From contig JBEKCB010000009.1 of the NCBI GenBank assembly GCA_050015075.1, positions 39,386-103,385 on the forward strand: a DNA stretch of 64,000 nt, written 5' to 3'. Source of the DNA: Candidatus Brocadiia bacterium (GTDB lineage: Bacteria > Planctomycetota > Brocadiia > CAIUPP01). The number at the start of each line of letters is the position of its first letter. The first letter of the stretch is position 1. Positions 52,777 to 61,593 of the stretch are shown in pieces. Under the pieces are notes generated by a model that saw only the letters and a program-made list of their open reading frames with translations, did not search any database and was not told the DNA's origin. The position numbers and the translations under genes were made by a program.

Positions 52777-53637
52777 ATGGCCGCTAAAACTCGCGCGAAT
52801 GACGGCTCCAGCCAGCAGGCGCTGGTGAACACGGGAATCTACATCCTCATCGCCGGCGCGCTGGCCGCCGGCTGTGTGGTGGGTGTGCAGCAGCTCTGGC
52901 GCGCGGTCTCCGACCGGCCGGAATTCATCGTACGGCCCGGCGATCTTGCGCTCACGAGCAAATGGGCGCGCATCCCGGAGATGAAGCGCGATTTCCTCGC
53001 CACCGACCGCACCGGCATTCTGCGGCGCCCCGGCGTCAGCATCTTCACCGCCAGGCTGTGCGAGGACGTCGCCCAGGCGTATGCCGCCAGTCCGTGGGTG
53101 CGGCGCGTGCTGCTCGTGGCGAAGGAATTCCCGAACCGGCTCGATGTCCAGCTCGAACTGCGCGAGCCCTACGCGCTCGTGCAGACCGGCAGCAAGTGCA
53201 TCTGCGTGGACGAAGAGGGCGCGCCGCTCAGTCCGCAATTCTACGACATGTCCCCGCAACGCCTCGCCTCGCTCATCCCGGTCATCACCCTCAACGGCGA
53301 CTGCCCGGTGCCGAACGCCGGCCAGCCGTGGAAGCAGCCGGAAGTCCAGGAAGGACTCGCGATGGTCCGCCTCTACCGCAAGGACCTCGCCCGAAACGTC
53401 TCTGTTCACGAAATCCAGGTCCAGCGCACCGACAACGCCGCCGTGATGGCCACGCTCGTCCTCGACACCGGCCCGCGCGTGCAGTGGGGCCAGACGCCGG
53501 CCGGCCCGCGCTCGCTGGCCGAAATCTCCACCGCCCAGAAGACCACCGCCCTGCTGGCGATCACCCGGAAGGAAGGCACGCAGATCGGACGGCTCAAGAC
53601 CATTGACGTCCGCTGGCCGAACCCGCTGTGCGAATGA
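52777..53637 (+). CDS. ftsQ: Cell division protein FtsQ (POTRA domain)
   Basis: N-terminal TM helix and POTRA-like region (PWVRRVLLVAKEFPNRLDVQLELREPYALV), in the conserved position after ddl. Confidence 0.75.
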   Translation: MAAKTRANDGSSQQALVNTGIYILIAGALAAGCVVGVQQLWRAVSDRPEFIVRPGDLALTSKWARIPEMKRDFLATDRTGILRRPGVSIFTARLCEDVAQAYAASPWVRRVLLVAKEFPNRLDVQLELREPYALVQTGSKCICVDEEGAPLSPQFYDMSPQRLASLIPVITLNGDCPVPNAGQPWKQPEVQEGLAMVRLYRKDLARNVSVHEIQVQRTDNAAVMATLVLDTGPRVQWGQTPAGPRSLAEISTAQKTTALLAITRKEGTQIGRLKTIDVRWPNPLCE

Positions 53638-53663
53638 GCACGTCGGATTCGGCGTTTTTGCTC

Positions 53664-54134
53664 TTAGCTTTTTCGTTTGCGCTGTGAGGCCCGCCGGAGG
53701 GTGCGCAAATCGGCTTTGTCCTGGGGTCGGCCTGCGGCCTGTTTGGAAGCGATCAGGTCAGCAAGGGACAAATAGTGCGCGTCTACCCCGCCGAATACGT
53801 CGTCCACTCGTCTCCGCCACGCCGCGCCGAACTCCGCGATGCCGGCCGGCCCGGCGATCAGGTCTATTCGGACGGGAGCGACGCCTAACTGGACCACGAT
53901 GTTCGGGTTGACGAGATCTTCCACCGTAAACCCCAGGTCGGCGCCGCTGAAGAAATCGCGGATGGCCGCCAGGACCTTTCGGGCGTTCGCCGGAGAAGGA
54001 TCATAGAAGATGTCAAAGTCCTTCGTGGCCCTTGGCCGCGCGTGGTATCCCAGCGCGTGCGCGCCCGCGATGAGATACCGTGCGCCCCTTGCGTTCAAAG
54101 ACGCGACAAACTCTTCGTAGTCTCTGTGGGCCAT
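53664..54134 (-). CDS. Nucleotidyltransferase-fold protein (unknown function)
   Basis: EEFVASLNARGARYLIAGAHALGYHARPRATKDFDIFY, and C-terminal LADLIASKQAAGRPQDKADL. Confidence 0.6.
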   Translation of the reverse strand: MAHRDYEEFVASLNARGARYLIAGAHALGYHARPRATKDFDIFYDPSPANARKVLAAIRDFFSGADLGFTVEDLVNPNIVVQLGVAPVRIDLIAGPAGIAEFGAAWRRRVDDVFGGVDAHYLSLADLIASKQAAGRPQDKADLRTLRRASQRKRKS

Positions 54135-54312
54135 TGATGCCTCGGGTCTTCAGGACGCTTCGCGTGCACTCGTCCACCGTGTTCACGCGCTGCGCGGGAG
54201 TCAGGTTCTCATACCAAAAGCGGAAGTCCTGATCTTCGGCTTCGTCCCAGCGGAGCACAACCCCTTGCCAGATGCGACCATGCCTGTCCTTCGCCCGTCC
54301 GCGAATCTGCAT
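54013..54312 (-). CDS. Small hypothetical protein; its 3' third overlaps the NTase-fold gene in another frame
   Basis: ORF with RWDEAEDQDFRFWYENLTPAQRVNTVDE. The true 3' end is uncertain. Confidence 0.35.
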   Translation of the reverse strand: MQIRGRAKDRHGRIWQGVVLRWDEAEDQDFRFWYENLTPAQRVNTVDECTRSVLKTRGINGPQRLRRVCRVFERKGRTVSHRGRARAGIPRAAKGHEGL

Positions 54313-54444
54313 GACCTCTCCTCACCGAACGCTTGCATGCTATCTTCGCGAAGGGCCGCCGTCAAGGAGCCGGCCGCCTTCCGCTGAGCGTTGGCAACGC
54401 GCATGAGACAAGCTATAATCGAAGATGAAGTGAAAGGGCGCGCG

Positions 54445-54612
54445 ATGCCTTACAAACCGGTTCCCGGCGGGCTCGGGCGGATTTACGTCCCAGAGCCTGA
54501 TGCTGGGACGCTGAAGAAGCACAACTGCAAGGACTGCTTTTTCTGCCAGTGGTGCGCTGTAGAGCGCTGTCGCCTCTGCAGAAAAAAGAGTTGTCACCGG
54601 CTCAGGAAATAA
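54445..54612 (+). CDS. Small Cys-rich protein (55 aa)
   Basis: MPYKPVPGGLGRIYVPEPDAGTLKKHNCKDCFFCQWCAVERCRLCRKKSC; about 8 Cys in the last 25 residues. The start is internal to ORF 54391..54612. Confidence 0.4.
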   Translation: MPYKPVPGGLGRIYVPEPDAGTLKKHNCKDCFFCQWCAVERCRLCRKKSCHRLRK

Positions 54613-54614
54613 AT

Positions 54615-55013
54615 GTGAATCCACGATTTCGTGCGCCTTCTGCGAAAACTCTGCTGCGTCAAACCCTGCGCGCGGCACTCATCGGCCTCATCATCGGCGC
54701 CGCGTTCGGGATCCTGACTGCGCTGGGGAGCTGGTTGTCCCACCAGAGCGATAGTCCGCCAACGCTCCCTGGGCTGAACTACATCATCCGGGGGCTGGAC
54801 GTCAGCGCTTTTCCGGGAATGACGATCGCAACCGCGATTGATCGGCGGGGAGTGGAACCAGACTACGTTTTTTCGCCGGGAGAGGTCACCAGTCCCATCC
54901 TGGTCCTGGCGCTCTGCAACGCCCTTTTCTGGGCCGCGCTTTGGGCGTTGCTTTTGGCCTGGCCCGGCCCCGTCTTCGCGCTCTGGCTCACGCTGTCCGG
55001 CTCGTGGGGTTAG
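54615..55013 (+). CDS. Hypothetical membrane protein
   Basis: About 3 hydrophobic helices. GTG start 3 nt after the preceding stop; the ORF is open from 54549. Confidence 0.45.
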   Translation: MNPRFRAPSAKTLLRQTLRAALIGLIIGAAFGILTALGSWLSHQSDSPPTLPGLNYIIRGLDVSAFPGMTIATAIDRRGVEPDYVFSPGEVTSPILVLALCNALFWAALWALLLAWPGPVFALWLTLSGSWG

Positions 55014-55157
55014 CTCGTCGCCGCCCTGAATACTTGGTGCTGCCGGTTTAAGCTCGCATTCCTGCCTGCCCGCGCCATGCCTTGAACGCCCGGATTGTTT
55101 CTTGTAACATGGCGGTTGCCCTTGCAAAGCGGCGCAGTGCGGTGGATGGAGGCATTT

Positions 55158-57743
55158 ATGGCTTTTCGACCCGACCGTTTGACGACCAAATCCCAGGAGG
55201 CGCTGCAGGCGGCGCAGGATATCGCGCGCGAGCGCGGGCAGCAGGAGCTGACGCCGGAACATCTGCTGCTGGCGCTGGTGCGTCAGAAAGACGGCGTGGT
55301 GCCGCCCATTCTCCAGCGCGCCGGCGCTTCTGCGGACCAGCTCGAACGCCGGCTCGATGACGCGCTCGATGCGATCCCGAAGGTCTCCGGCGGCGACATC
55401 TACGCCTCGCCGCGGTTGAGCAAGCTGCTCGAGGCGGCCTGGAAGGAGGCGCAGGCGCTCAAGGACGAGTACGTCAGCGCCGAGCACCTGCTGCTCGCGG
55501 TGGCCGAGGGCGATGGCGCGGCAAAGACGATCCTGAAAGAGGCCGGCCTCACCCGCGCGAATATCCTGACGATCCTCAAGACCGTCCGCGGGACGCAGCG
55601 CGTGACCGACCAGGAGCCGGAAGGCAAGTACCAGGCGCTTGAGCGTTACTGCCGCGATTTGACCGCCGCCGCGCGCGCCGGCAAGCTCGATCCGGTGATC
55701 GGCCGCGACGAGGAAATCCGCCGCGTGATGCAGGTGCTCAGCCGCCGCACGAAGAACAACCCCGTGCTGATCGGCGATCCCGGCGTCGGCAAGACCGCCA
55801 TCGTCGAAGGGCTGGCGCGGCGCATCGTCGAGGGCGACGTGCCCGAAGGGTTGAAGAACCGGCGAGTGCTCGCGCTCGACCTGGGCGCGCTGATCGCGGG
55901 CACCAAGTTCCGCGGCGAGTTCGAGGACCGCCTGAAAGCCGTCCTCAAGGCGATCACCGAGGCGGAAGGCTCGGTGATCCTGTTCATTGACGAGCTGCAC
56001 ATGGTCGTCGGCGCGGGCGCAGCCGAAGGCGCCGCCGACGCGGCGAACCTGCTCAAGCCGGCCCTGGCGCGCGGCGAGCTGCGCTGCGTCGGCGCGACGA
56101 CGCTCGACGAATACCGCAAGCACATCGAAAAGGACGCCGCGCTCGAACGGCGCTTCCAGCCGGTCCTCGTCGGCGAGCCTTCCATCCCCGACACGATCGC
56201 CATCCTGCGCGGCCTCAAGGAGCGCTACGAGGTCCACCACGGAGTCCGCATCCAGGATTCCGCTCTCGTCGCGGCGGCCACGCTTTCCGAGCGCTACATC
56301 ACCGACCGGTTCCTGCCCGACAAGGCGATTGACCTGGTGGACGAGGCGGCCTCGCGCCTGCGGATGGAGATGGACAGCCTGCCGGTGGAGCTTGACCAGA
56401 CCGAGCGCCGGCGCATGCAACTGGAGATCGAGCGCCAGGCGCTCACGCGCGAGAAGGACCCCGCCTCGCGCGAGCGCCGCGCGAAGGTCGAGCAGGAACT
56501 CGCCGAGCTGAAGGAGAAATCCACCCTGCTCCGCGCGCATTGGGAGAATGAAAAGGCCGCGATCAAAAAGATCCGCCAGGCCAAGGAGAAGCTCGAATCC
56601 ACGCGCACCGAGGCCGAGCGCGAACAGCGCCACGGCAACCTCCAGCGCGTCAGCGAGCTGCGCTACAGCGTGATCCCCGCGCTCGAAAAGTCCATCGAGG
56701 AGGAGAACCGCCGCCTGCTCGAACTCCAGAAAGACCGCAAGATGCTCAAGGAGGAAGTGGACGAGGAGGACATCGCGCAGGTGGTGAGCAGCTGGACGCA
56801 CATCCCCGTCAGCCGGATGCTCGAGAGCGAAAAGGACCGGCTGCTGAAAATGGAGGCGCGCCTCTCCGAGCGCGTGGTCGGCCAGGAAGAGGCGATCGCC
56901 GCGGTGAGCAACGCCATCCGCCGCGCGCGCGCCGGCCTGCAGGACCCGGGCCGGCCGATCGGCTCGTTCATGTTCCTCGGCCCCACCGGCGTCGGCAAGA
57001 CCGAGCTGGCCCGCGCGCTGGCCGAGTTCCTCTTCGACACCGAGCAGGCGATGGTCCGCATTGACATGTCCGAGTACATGGAGAAGCACACCGTCTCGCG
57101 GCTGATCGGCGCGCCGCCGGGCTACGTCGGCTACGACGAGGGCGGCCAGCTCACCGAGGCGGTCCGCCGGCGCCCGTATTCGGTGATCCTCTTCGACGAG
57201 ATCGAGAAGGCGCACAACGACGTCTTCAACGTGCTCCTTCAAGTGCTCGACGAGGGCCGCCTGACCGACGGCCACGGGCGCACGGTGGATTTCAAGAACA
57301 CACTGATCATCATGACCAGCAACATCGGCAGCCACCAGATCCAGGAGGCGGGCGGGCGCGTGACCGAGGCCCTCGAGGAATCGGTCCGCCAGATGGTCCG
57401 CGCGCAGTTCCGCCCGGAGTTCCTCAACCGCGTGGACGACATCATCATCTTCCACGCGCTCACGCTCGAGCAGATTGAGCGGATCGTGGACATTCAACTC
57501 AAGTCGCTGCGGCGGCTGCTCGCCGACCGCAACCTCGAGATCGAGCTGACCGCCGAGGCGAAGAAACGCATCGCCAAGGAAGGCTTCGACCCGGTCTTCG
57601 GCGCGCGCCCGCTCAAGCGCGTGATCCAGCAGAGCATCCAGAACGAACTGGCGATGCGCCTGCTCCGCGGCGATATCCGCAACGGCGACAAGATCCGCGT
57701 GGACTGGAAAAAAGGCGAGTTCGTGTTCGAGAAAAACAATTGA
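55158..57743 (+). CDS. clpB: ATP-dependent chaperone/disaggregase ClpB
   Basis: Clp-N repeats, two AAA+ modules ([15 protein letters not shown]; [15 protein letters not shown]), a long coiled-coil middle domain, GARPLKR. The start is internal to ORF 55095..57743. Confidence 0.95.
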   Translation: MAFRPDRLTTKSQEALQAAQDIARERGQQELTPEHLLLALVRQKDGVVPPILQRAGASADQLERRLDDALDAIPKVSGGDIYASPRLSKLLEAAWKEAQALKDEYVSAEHLLLAVAEGDGAAKTILKEAGLTRANILTILKTVRGTQRVTDQEPEGKYQALERYCRDLTAAARAGKLDPVIGRDEEIRRVMQVLSRRTKNNPVLIGDPGVGKTAIVEGLARRIVEGDVPEGLKNRRVLALDLGALIAGTKFRGEFEDRLKAVLKAITEAEGSVILFIDELHMVVGAGAAEGAADAANLLKPALARGELRCVGATTLDEYRKHIEKDAALERRFQPVLVGEPSIPDTIAILRGLKERYEVHHGVRIQDSALVAAATLSERYITDRFLPDKAIDLVDEAASRLRMEMDSLPVELDQTERRRMQLEIERQALTREKDPASRERRAKVEQELAELKEKSTLLRAHWENEKAAIKKIRQAKEKLESTRTEAEREQRHGNLQRVSELRYSVIPALEKSIEEENRRLLELQKDRKMLKEEVDEEDIAQVVSSWTHIPVSRMLESEKDRLLKMEARLSERVVGQEEAIAAVSNAIRRARAGLQDPGRPIGSFMFLGPTGVGKTELARALAEFLFDTEQAMVRIDMSEYMEKHTVSRLIGAPPGYVGYDEGGQLTEAVRRRPYSVILFDEIEKAHNDVFNVLLQVLDEGRLTDGHGRTVDFKNTLIIMTSNIGSHQIQEAGGRVTEALEESVRQMVRAQFRPEFLNRVDDIIIFHALTLEQIERIVDIQLKSLRRLLADRNLEIELTAEAKKRIAKEGFDPVFGARPLKRVIQQSIQNELAMRLLRGDIRNGDKIRVDWKKGEFVFEKNN

Positions 57744-57847
57744 GCCTTTTGTTCCTTGATACTGATCCTGCTATCCTCTAGCGGTCGAACTCGTCCTCGA
57801 TGGCCTGGCGCTTGGATGGTATGAAGGACTGTTGCTAGGAGGCGCGC

Positions 57848-58930
57848 GTGGCGGGAATGACTGACGGCGAGACGGTCGGCGCGGCGGCGGAAGGGCTGAG
57901 CCCGGAGAACATCCTGGATTTCAGCGCGAACGTCACCCCCGCGCCGCTGCCCGAGGCGCTGCGGCAGGCGCTCCAGGACTCGATACAGTGCCTTTCGCAC
58001 CCGCCGGACCCGGAGGCGCGGAAGCTGCGTCAGCGCGCGGCGGAGGTCTACGGAGTCTCGCCCGACGAAGTGCGCGTCGGAAACGGCGTCAGCGAATTCC
58101 TCTACGCGATCCCGCGCGGGCTGCGGCCCCGGCGCGTGGTGATGCCCGCGCCCTGCTCCACCGATTACTGGCGCGCGAGCGATTACGCCGGCGCGGAATC
58201 CGAAGGCGTGCTCTCCTCGGAGGCGAAGGAGTTCGCGCTCGACCCGGCGCAGGTCGAGATGCGCCTCAGCGGCACGGACATGGTGTTCCTCGGCAACCCG
58301 AGCGATCCGACCGGCGTCGCGGCGCCGGCGGACGCGATCCGCGCGCTGGCGAAGAAATTCTCCGGCGTCGCCTTCGTGGTGGATGAATCGTTCGTGGAGT
58401 TCGTCCCGGAAGCGCTCGGCGCGTCGCTGCTGGGCGCGCCCCTGCCGGCGAACGTGATCGTGCTCCGCTCGCCCACGGCGATCTACGGGTTGGCCGGCCT
58501 GCCGCTGGCCTTCCTGTTCGCGGGGCGGACGCTGATCGAGCAGATTCAGGCCGCGCGCGAGCCGAACGCGGTCGGCGCTACGACGCTCCGCGCCGGTGAA
58601 GCCCTGCTGGCCGGCCCGCCGGAGGCGCCCGCGCTGCGACAGCCGGTGATCGCCGAGCGCGAGCGCGTCCGCGAGGAACTCTCGCGCATGGCGGGCATCC
58701 GCGTCTTCCGCTCGCAGGCGAACTTCCTGCTGCTGAAGACCACGCGGCCGGGCCTGAACGCCATGCAGCTCTGCGAGCGCCTGCTCGAACAGAACGTACT
58801 CATCCGCAACGTCGCAGGTTACCGCGGCCTCGACGGACGCTTTGCGCGGGTCTCCGTCCGTACGGCCGCCGACAACGATCGTCTGCTGGCGGCGTTCGGC
58901 GGCGCGCTCGACGAGTCGAAATGGAAATGA
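57848..58930 (+). CDS. Class I/II aminotransferase-fold protein, CobD/HisC-like, lacking the expected PLP lysine
   Basis: LDFSANVTP, GNGVSEFLY, LGNPSDPTG, VVDESFVEF. LRSPTAIYGLAGLPLAF sits where LRSxTK..G.PGLRxGY is expected. Confidence 0.7.
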   Translation: MAGMTDGETVGAAAEGLSPENILDFSANVTPAPLPEALRQALQDSIQCLSHPPDPEARKLRQRAAEVYGVSPDEVRVGNGVSEFLYAIPRGLRPRRVVMPAPCSTDYWRASDYAGAESEGVLSSEAKEFALDPAQVEMRLSGTDMVFLGNPSDPTGVAAPADAIRALAKKFSGVAFVVDESFVEFVPEALGASLLGAPLPANVIVLRSPTAIYGLAGLPLAFLFAGRTLIEQIQAAREPNAVGATTLRAGEALLAGPPEAPALRQPVIAERERVREELSRMAGIRVFRSQANFLLLKTTRPGLNAMQLCERLLEQNVLIRNVAGYRGLDGRFARVSVRTAADNDRLLAAFGGALDESKWK

Positions 58931-59010
58931 AGCGGAACGCGGAAAGCGAAAAACGCAAGGCCGGAAATTCCGGGTGGTAGCTGATTACCCTTCCACTTTT
59001 CACCCCATCG

Positions 59011-59379
59011 TCATTTCGCCGACCGAGCTTCCATCACGAGGACCGAATCATTCGCGCCCGGCGCCACGCTGCCGTAAACGAAATCCACGTTGACCTTCCG
59101 CTGCGCCAGGCGCTCCATCATCTCGGCCAGCGCGCCCACCTTGTTCGGCAGCTCGATCAGCCGCACCGGCGTCTCGACCACCTCGAGCTTCAGGTCCTCG
59201 AGCACCTTCACGCCCGACCGGGCGTCGTCCACGATCATGCGCACCAGGCACGTTTCCGTGGCGTCCACCACCGAGATCGCCATAATATTCACGTCGCCGT
59301 CGGCGAGCGCGCGGCAGACCTTCGCCAGCGCACCCGGCTTGTTCGGCAGCGAAACCGTCAGTTGTTTCGTCCGTTCCAT
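59011..59379 (-). CDS. Tandem ACT-domain protein
   Basis: LTVSLPNKPGALAKVCRALADGDVNIMAISV and LIELPNKVGALAEMMERLAQRKVNVDFVY. GGAGGAA SD. The start is internal to ORF 59011..59553. Confidence 0.75.
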   Translation of the reverse strand: MERTKQLTVSLPNKPGALAKVCRALADGDVNIMAISVVDATETCLVRMIVDDARSGVKVLEDLKLEVVETPVRLIELPNKVGALAEMMERLAQRKVNVDFVYGSVAPGANDSVLVMEARSAK

Positions 59380-59563
59380 CGCATTTCCTCCGTTCTCAGC
59401 CCGGCATGGAATCCTTGAGCGGCCACAAAACCTTGCTATGAGGAAGTCTAACCCGGCGCAGCGCCGAATGCAAAGCGCAAAATGCAGAATGTGAACCGGG
59501 GCGAGCCGCCGCGCAGCCGGACGGCGGTCCATTTGCCCTTTTTCAGTTTGCACGGTTTTTCTC

Positions 59564-59593
59564 TTGACGGGCGCCGTTTGGCGATGCTAGAAT
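59564..59593 (+). promoter_or_regulatory. sigma70-like promoter TTGACG-N18-TAGAAT
   Basis: Hexamers read directly from the sequence, upstream of the lipoprotein gene. Confidence 0.4.
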
Positions 59594-59680
59594 CTGACGC
59601 GGTGCATGGCTCGCCGCGTGGCGGGCAATGGCATCGGATGGATCGGCGTCCTATTTCGTTCTGTCGAAGGGGAAAGCACG

Positions 59681-60415
59681 ATGAGAGCTCTCCGGCTGGC
59701 CGGCGTGATGGCAGTATGCGTCATGGTCTTTTCCGGATGCGAGATGAGCCGCCCCTACAAGGGCTACAGCGACGAAGTGGATAGCTGGTCCTACCCCAAG
59801 CGCTTCGGGGTTACGTGGGAGGACTGGGGGCTGTCGCTGCTGGATATCGTCAGCCTGGAAATCGGCGCGCAGGAGTCCATCGGCATCGTCATCCAGCCGA
59901 CGAAGATCCTCCAGACCGGGTTCCTGTTCAACGACGTGATGAAGCTCGGCTGGCGCAACCGCGGCTTCGGGTTCTACCATGAAGTCCAGAGCGAAGGCGG
60001 CCTCGGCTGGGCGTACTACCGCAGCCGCCGGTTCGAGCCGATCCTCGGCACCGCCACGCTCTTCGACCCGTACCGCCGCGCGCCGCTCTTCGCCGGATTC
60101 CCCATCCGCGATAATATCCAGGAAGGCCACTGGGCGGACGTCGGCGGCGAGGTCGGCCTCGTCTTCCTTGACGTCAGCGCCCACGTCAGCCCGAAACATG
60201 CGATCGGCTTCTGCGTCAACACCCTGATGCTGCCGATGAACCTCTTCCTGCGCTATCCGCTCAATTGGATCGGCGTGCGTTTCCCCGAACTGGATTTCTG
60301 CGATGAAAACACCACCTCGCAGATTAAGCAGAAATACAACCTGACATTGATCCCGTATCCCAGAACGTTCGCTCCGACCGAAGTGCTGAACGAGCTCTGG
60401 GAAGTGCCGTACTAA
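59681..60415 (+). CDS. Hypothetical lipoprotein
   Basis: MRALRLAGVMAVCVMVFSGC lipobox. I recognise no family. The start is internal to ORF 59606..60415. Confidence 0.55.
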   Translation: MRALRLAGVMAVCVMVFSGCEMSRPYKGYSDEVDSWSYPKRFGVTWEDWGLSLLDIVSLEIGAQESIGIVIQPTKILQTGFLFNDVMKLGWRNRGFGFYHEVQSEGGLGWAYYRSRRFEPILGTATLFDPYRRAPLFAGFPIRDNIQEGHWADVGGEVGLVFLDVSAHVSPKHAIGFCVNTLMLPMNLFLRYPLNWIGVRFPELDFCDENTTSQIKQKYNLTLIPYPRTFAPTEVLNELWEVPY

Positions 60416-60532
60416 ACGGACCGCGGCGACGATGGACCGTGCATGACCGGGCAGGCGCACGAGTCCATCGTCTCTCGTCCATCGGCAGCGTCCGTCGTCA
60501 TCACACAAGATCAGAATCGAGGTGAGAACTTT

Positions 60533-60760
60533 TTGGCTAAGATCGTCGTCCGCGAAGGTGACTCCATCGAGCGCGCGCTCAAGCAGTTCAAGCGCATCTG
60601 CGAGAAGGAGGGCCTTCGGCGAGAGATTAAGCGCGCTTCTTATTACGAGAAGCCCAGCGAGCAAAAACGACGCCGCAAGCTCCAGCAGGTCCGGGAGCGC
60701 CGCAAGACCGTGACCAAGGCCCTGAAGCTGAAGGTCAAGAGCAAGCTCCGCGCAAGATAG
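60533..60760 (+). CDS. rpsU: 30S ribosomal protein S21
   Basis: (L)AKIVVREGDSIERALKQFKRICEKEGLRREIKRASYYEKPSEQKRRRK. TTG start with GAGGTGA SD about 8 nt upstream; the ORF is open from 60443. Confidence 0.85.
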   Translation: MAKIVVREGDSIERALKQFKRICEKEGLRREIKRASYYEKPSEQKRRRKLQQVRERRKTVTKALKLKVKSKLRAR

Positions 60761-60785
60761 CCTCGGTTCTCACTCGCCGTTCATC

Positions 60786-60813
60786 GGGCGCCTTTCCACT
60801 CGGGAAGGCGCCC
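60786..60813 (+). terminator. Rho-independent terminator after rpsU
   Basis: GGGCGCCTTTCC-actc-GGGAAGGCGCCC, followed by gAATTATTAT. Confidence 0.65.
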
Positions 60814-60992
60814 GAATTATTATGTGCCTGCGAGGGCCTGCCTGTCCCAGCCGAGTTTATTCTCCTTGCGCCTCGACCGGTGTAACCTCTCACGGCCGCG
60901 CCAGCACTAGTGAAGTGAACGCTTCAGGGATGCTAAATTTGCCCGCGCGTCGCGCGGCGGAGTATAATGCGCCCGTTTCAGGAAGACGGAGG

Positions 60993-61445
60993 ATGGATAA
61001 ATTGAAAGCGACGCACGCTCATGTCTCAGCGCCACCTCGGGCGGAACCGGCGGCCTCCGCCGAGGTGTTCGATTTCGTCGGCCGGCACTTCCTGGCCTCG
61101 TATCTCGGCTGCGATCCGGACCGCCTGCGCGACTTGGCCGGGCTCAAGGCGGCTTTCGAGCGCGCCGTCGCCGCCAGCGGCGCCACGCTCATGGGCAGCT
61201 CCGACCACGTTTATCCGCCGCACGGCTACACGCTCCTCTGCCTGCTTTCCGAAAGCCACGCCAGCATCCACACTTATCCGGAGCACAACGCGTGTTTCGT
61301 GGACCTCTTCACCTGCGGCCTGCGCTGCCGGCCGGAGCCCTTCGACGCCGTCCTGCGCGACTACCTGCGCCCGGCGCACAGCCACGTCCGCAGCTTGATC
61401 CGGCGCGAAGAGGCCCAGGACGAGGGGCGGGCCGCGCGCGGCTGA
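60993..61445 (+). CDS. speD: S-adenosylmethionine decarboxylase proenzyme (small SpeH/SpeD type)
   Basis: GRHFLASYLGCD, TLLCLLSESHASIHTYPEHNACFVDLFTCG (ES cleavage site). GGAGG SD. The start is internal to ORF 60822..61445. Confidence 0.85.
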   Translation: MDKLKATHAHVSAPPRAEPAASAEVFDFVGRHFLASYLGCDPDRLRDLAGLKAAFERAVAASGATLMGSSDHVYPPHGYTLLCLLSESHASIHTYPEHNACFVDLFTCGLRCRPEPFDAVLRDYLRPAHSHVRSLIRREEAQDEGRAARG

Positions 61446-61593
61446 CCCGGCGTGACCGTGAATCACCCGGGCGCCCAAGCGCCGAGAACAACACTATACG
61501 GAGTCAGCCCACCGAGGACACAAGCCTCTTTCCGCCGTTCCTGGAGTCTTGCGTCTGAAAAGTGAAAACTCCGCGCCAAGGGAAGGTTGACGC

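Noticed and set aside
55081-55110. Sigma-32 heat-shock promoter upstream of clpB (CTTGAA at the -35)
   Set aside because: The -35 resembles the CTTGAA core, but there is no CCCCAT-type -10 at the right spacing. TAACAT fits a sigma70-type -10 equally well, so the question is left unresolved.
54594-57497. 967-aa ORF on the minus strand
   Set aside because: It is antisense to clpB. It has no recognisable motifs and shows the composition artefact of high GC.
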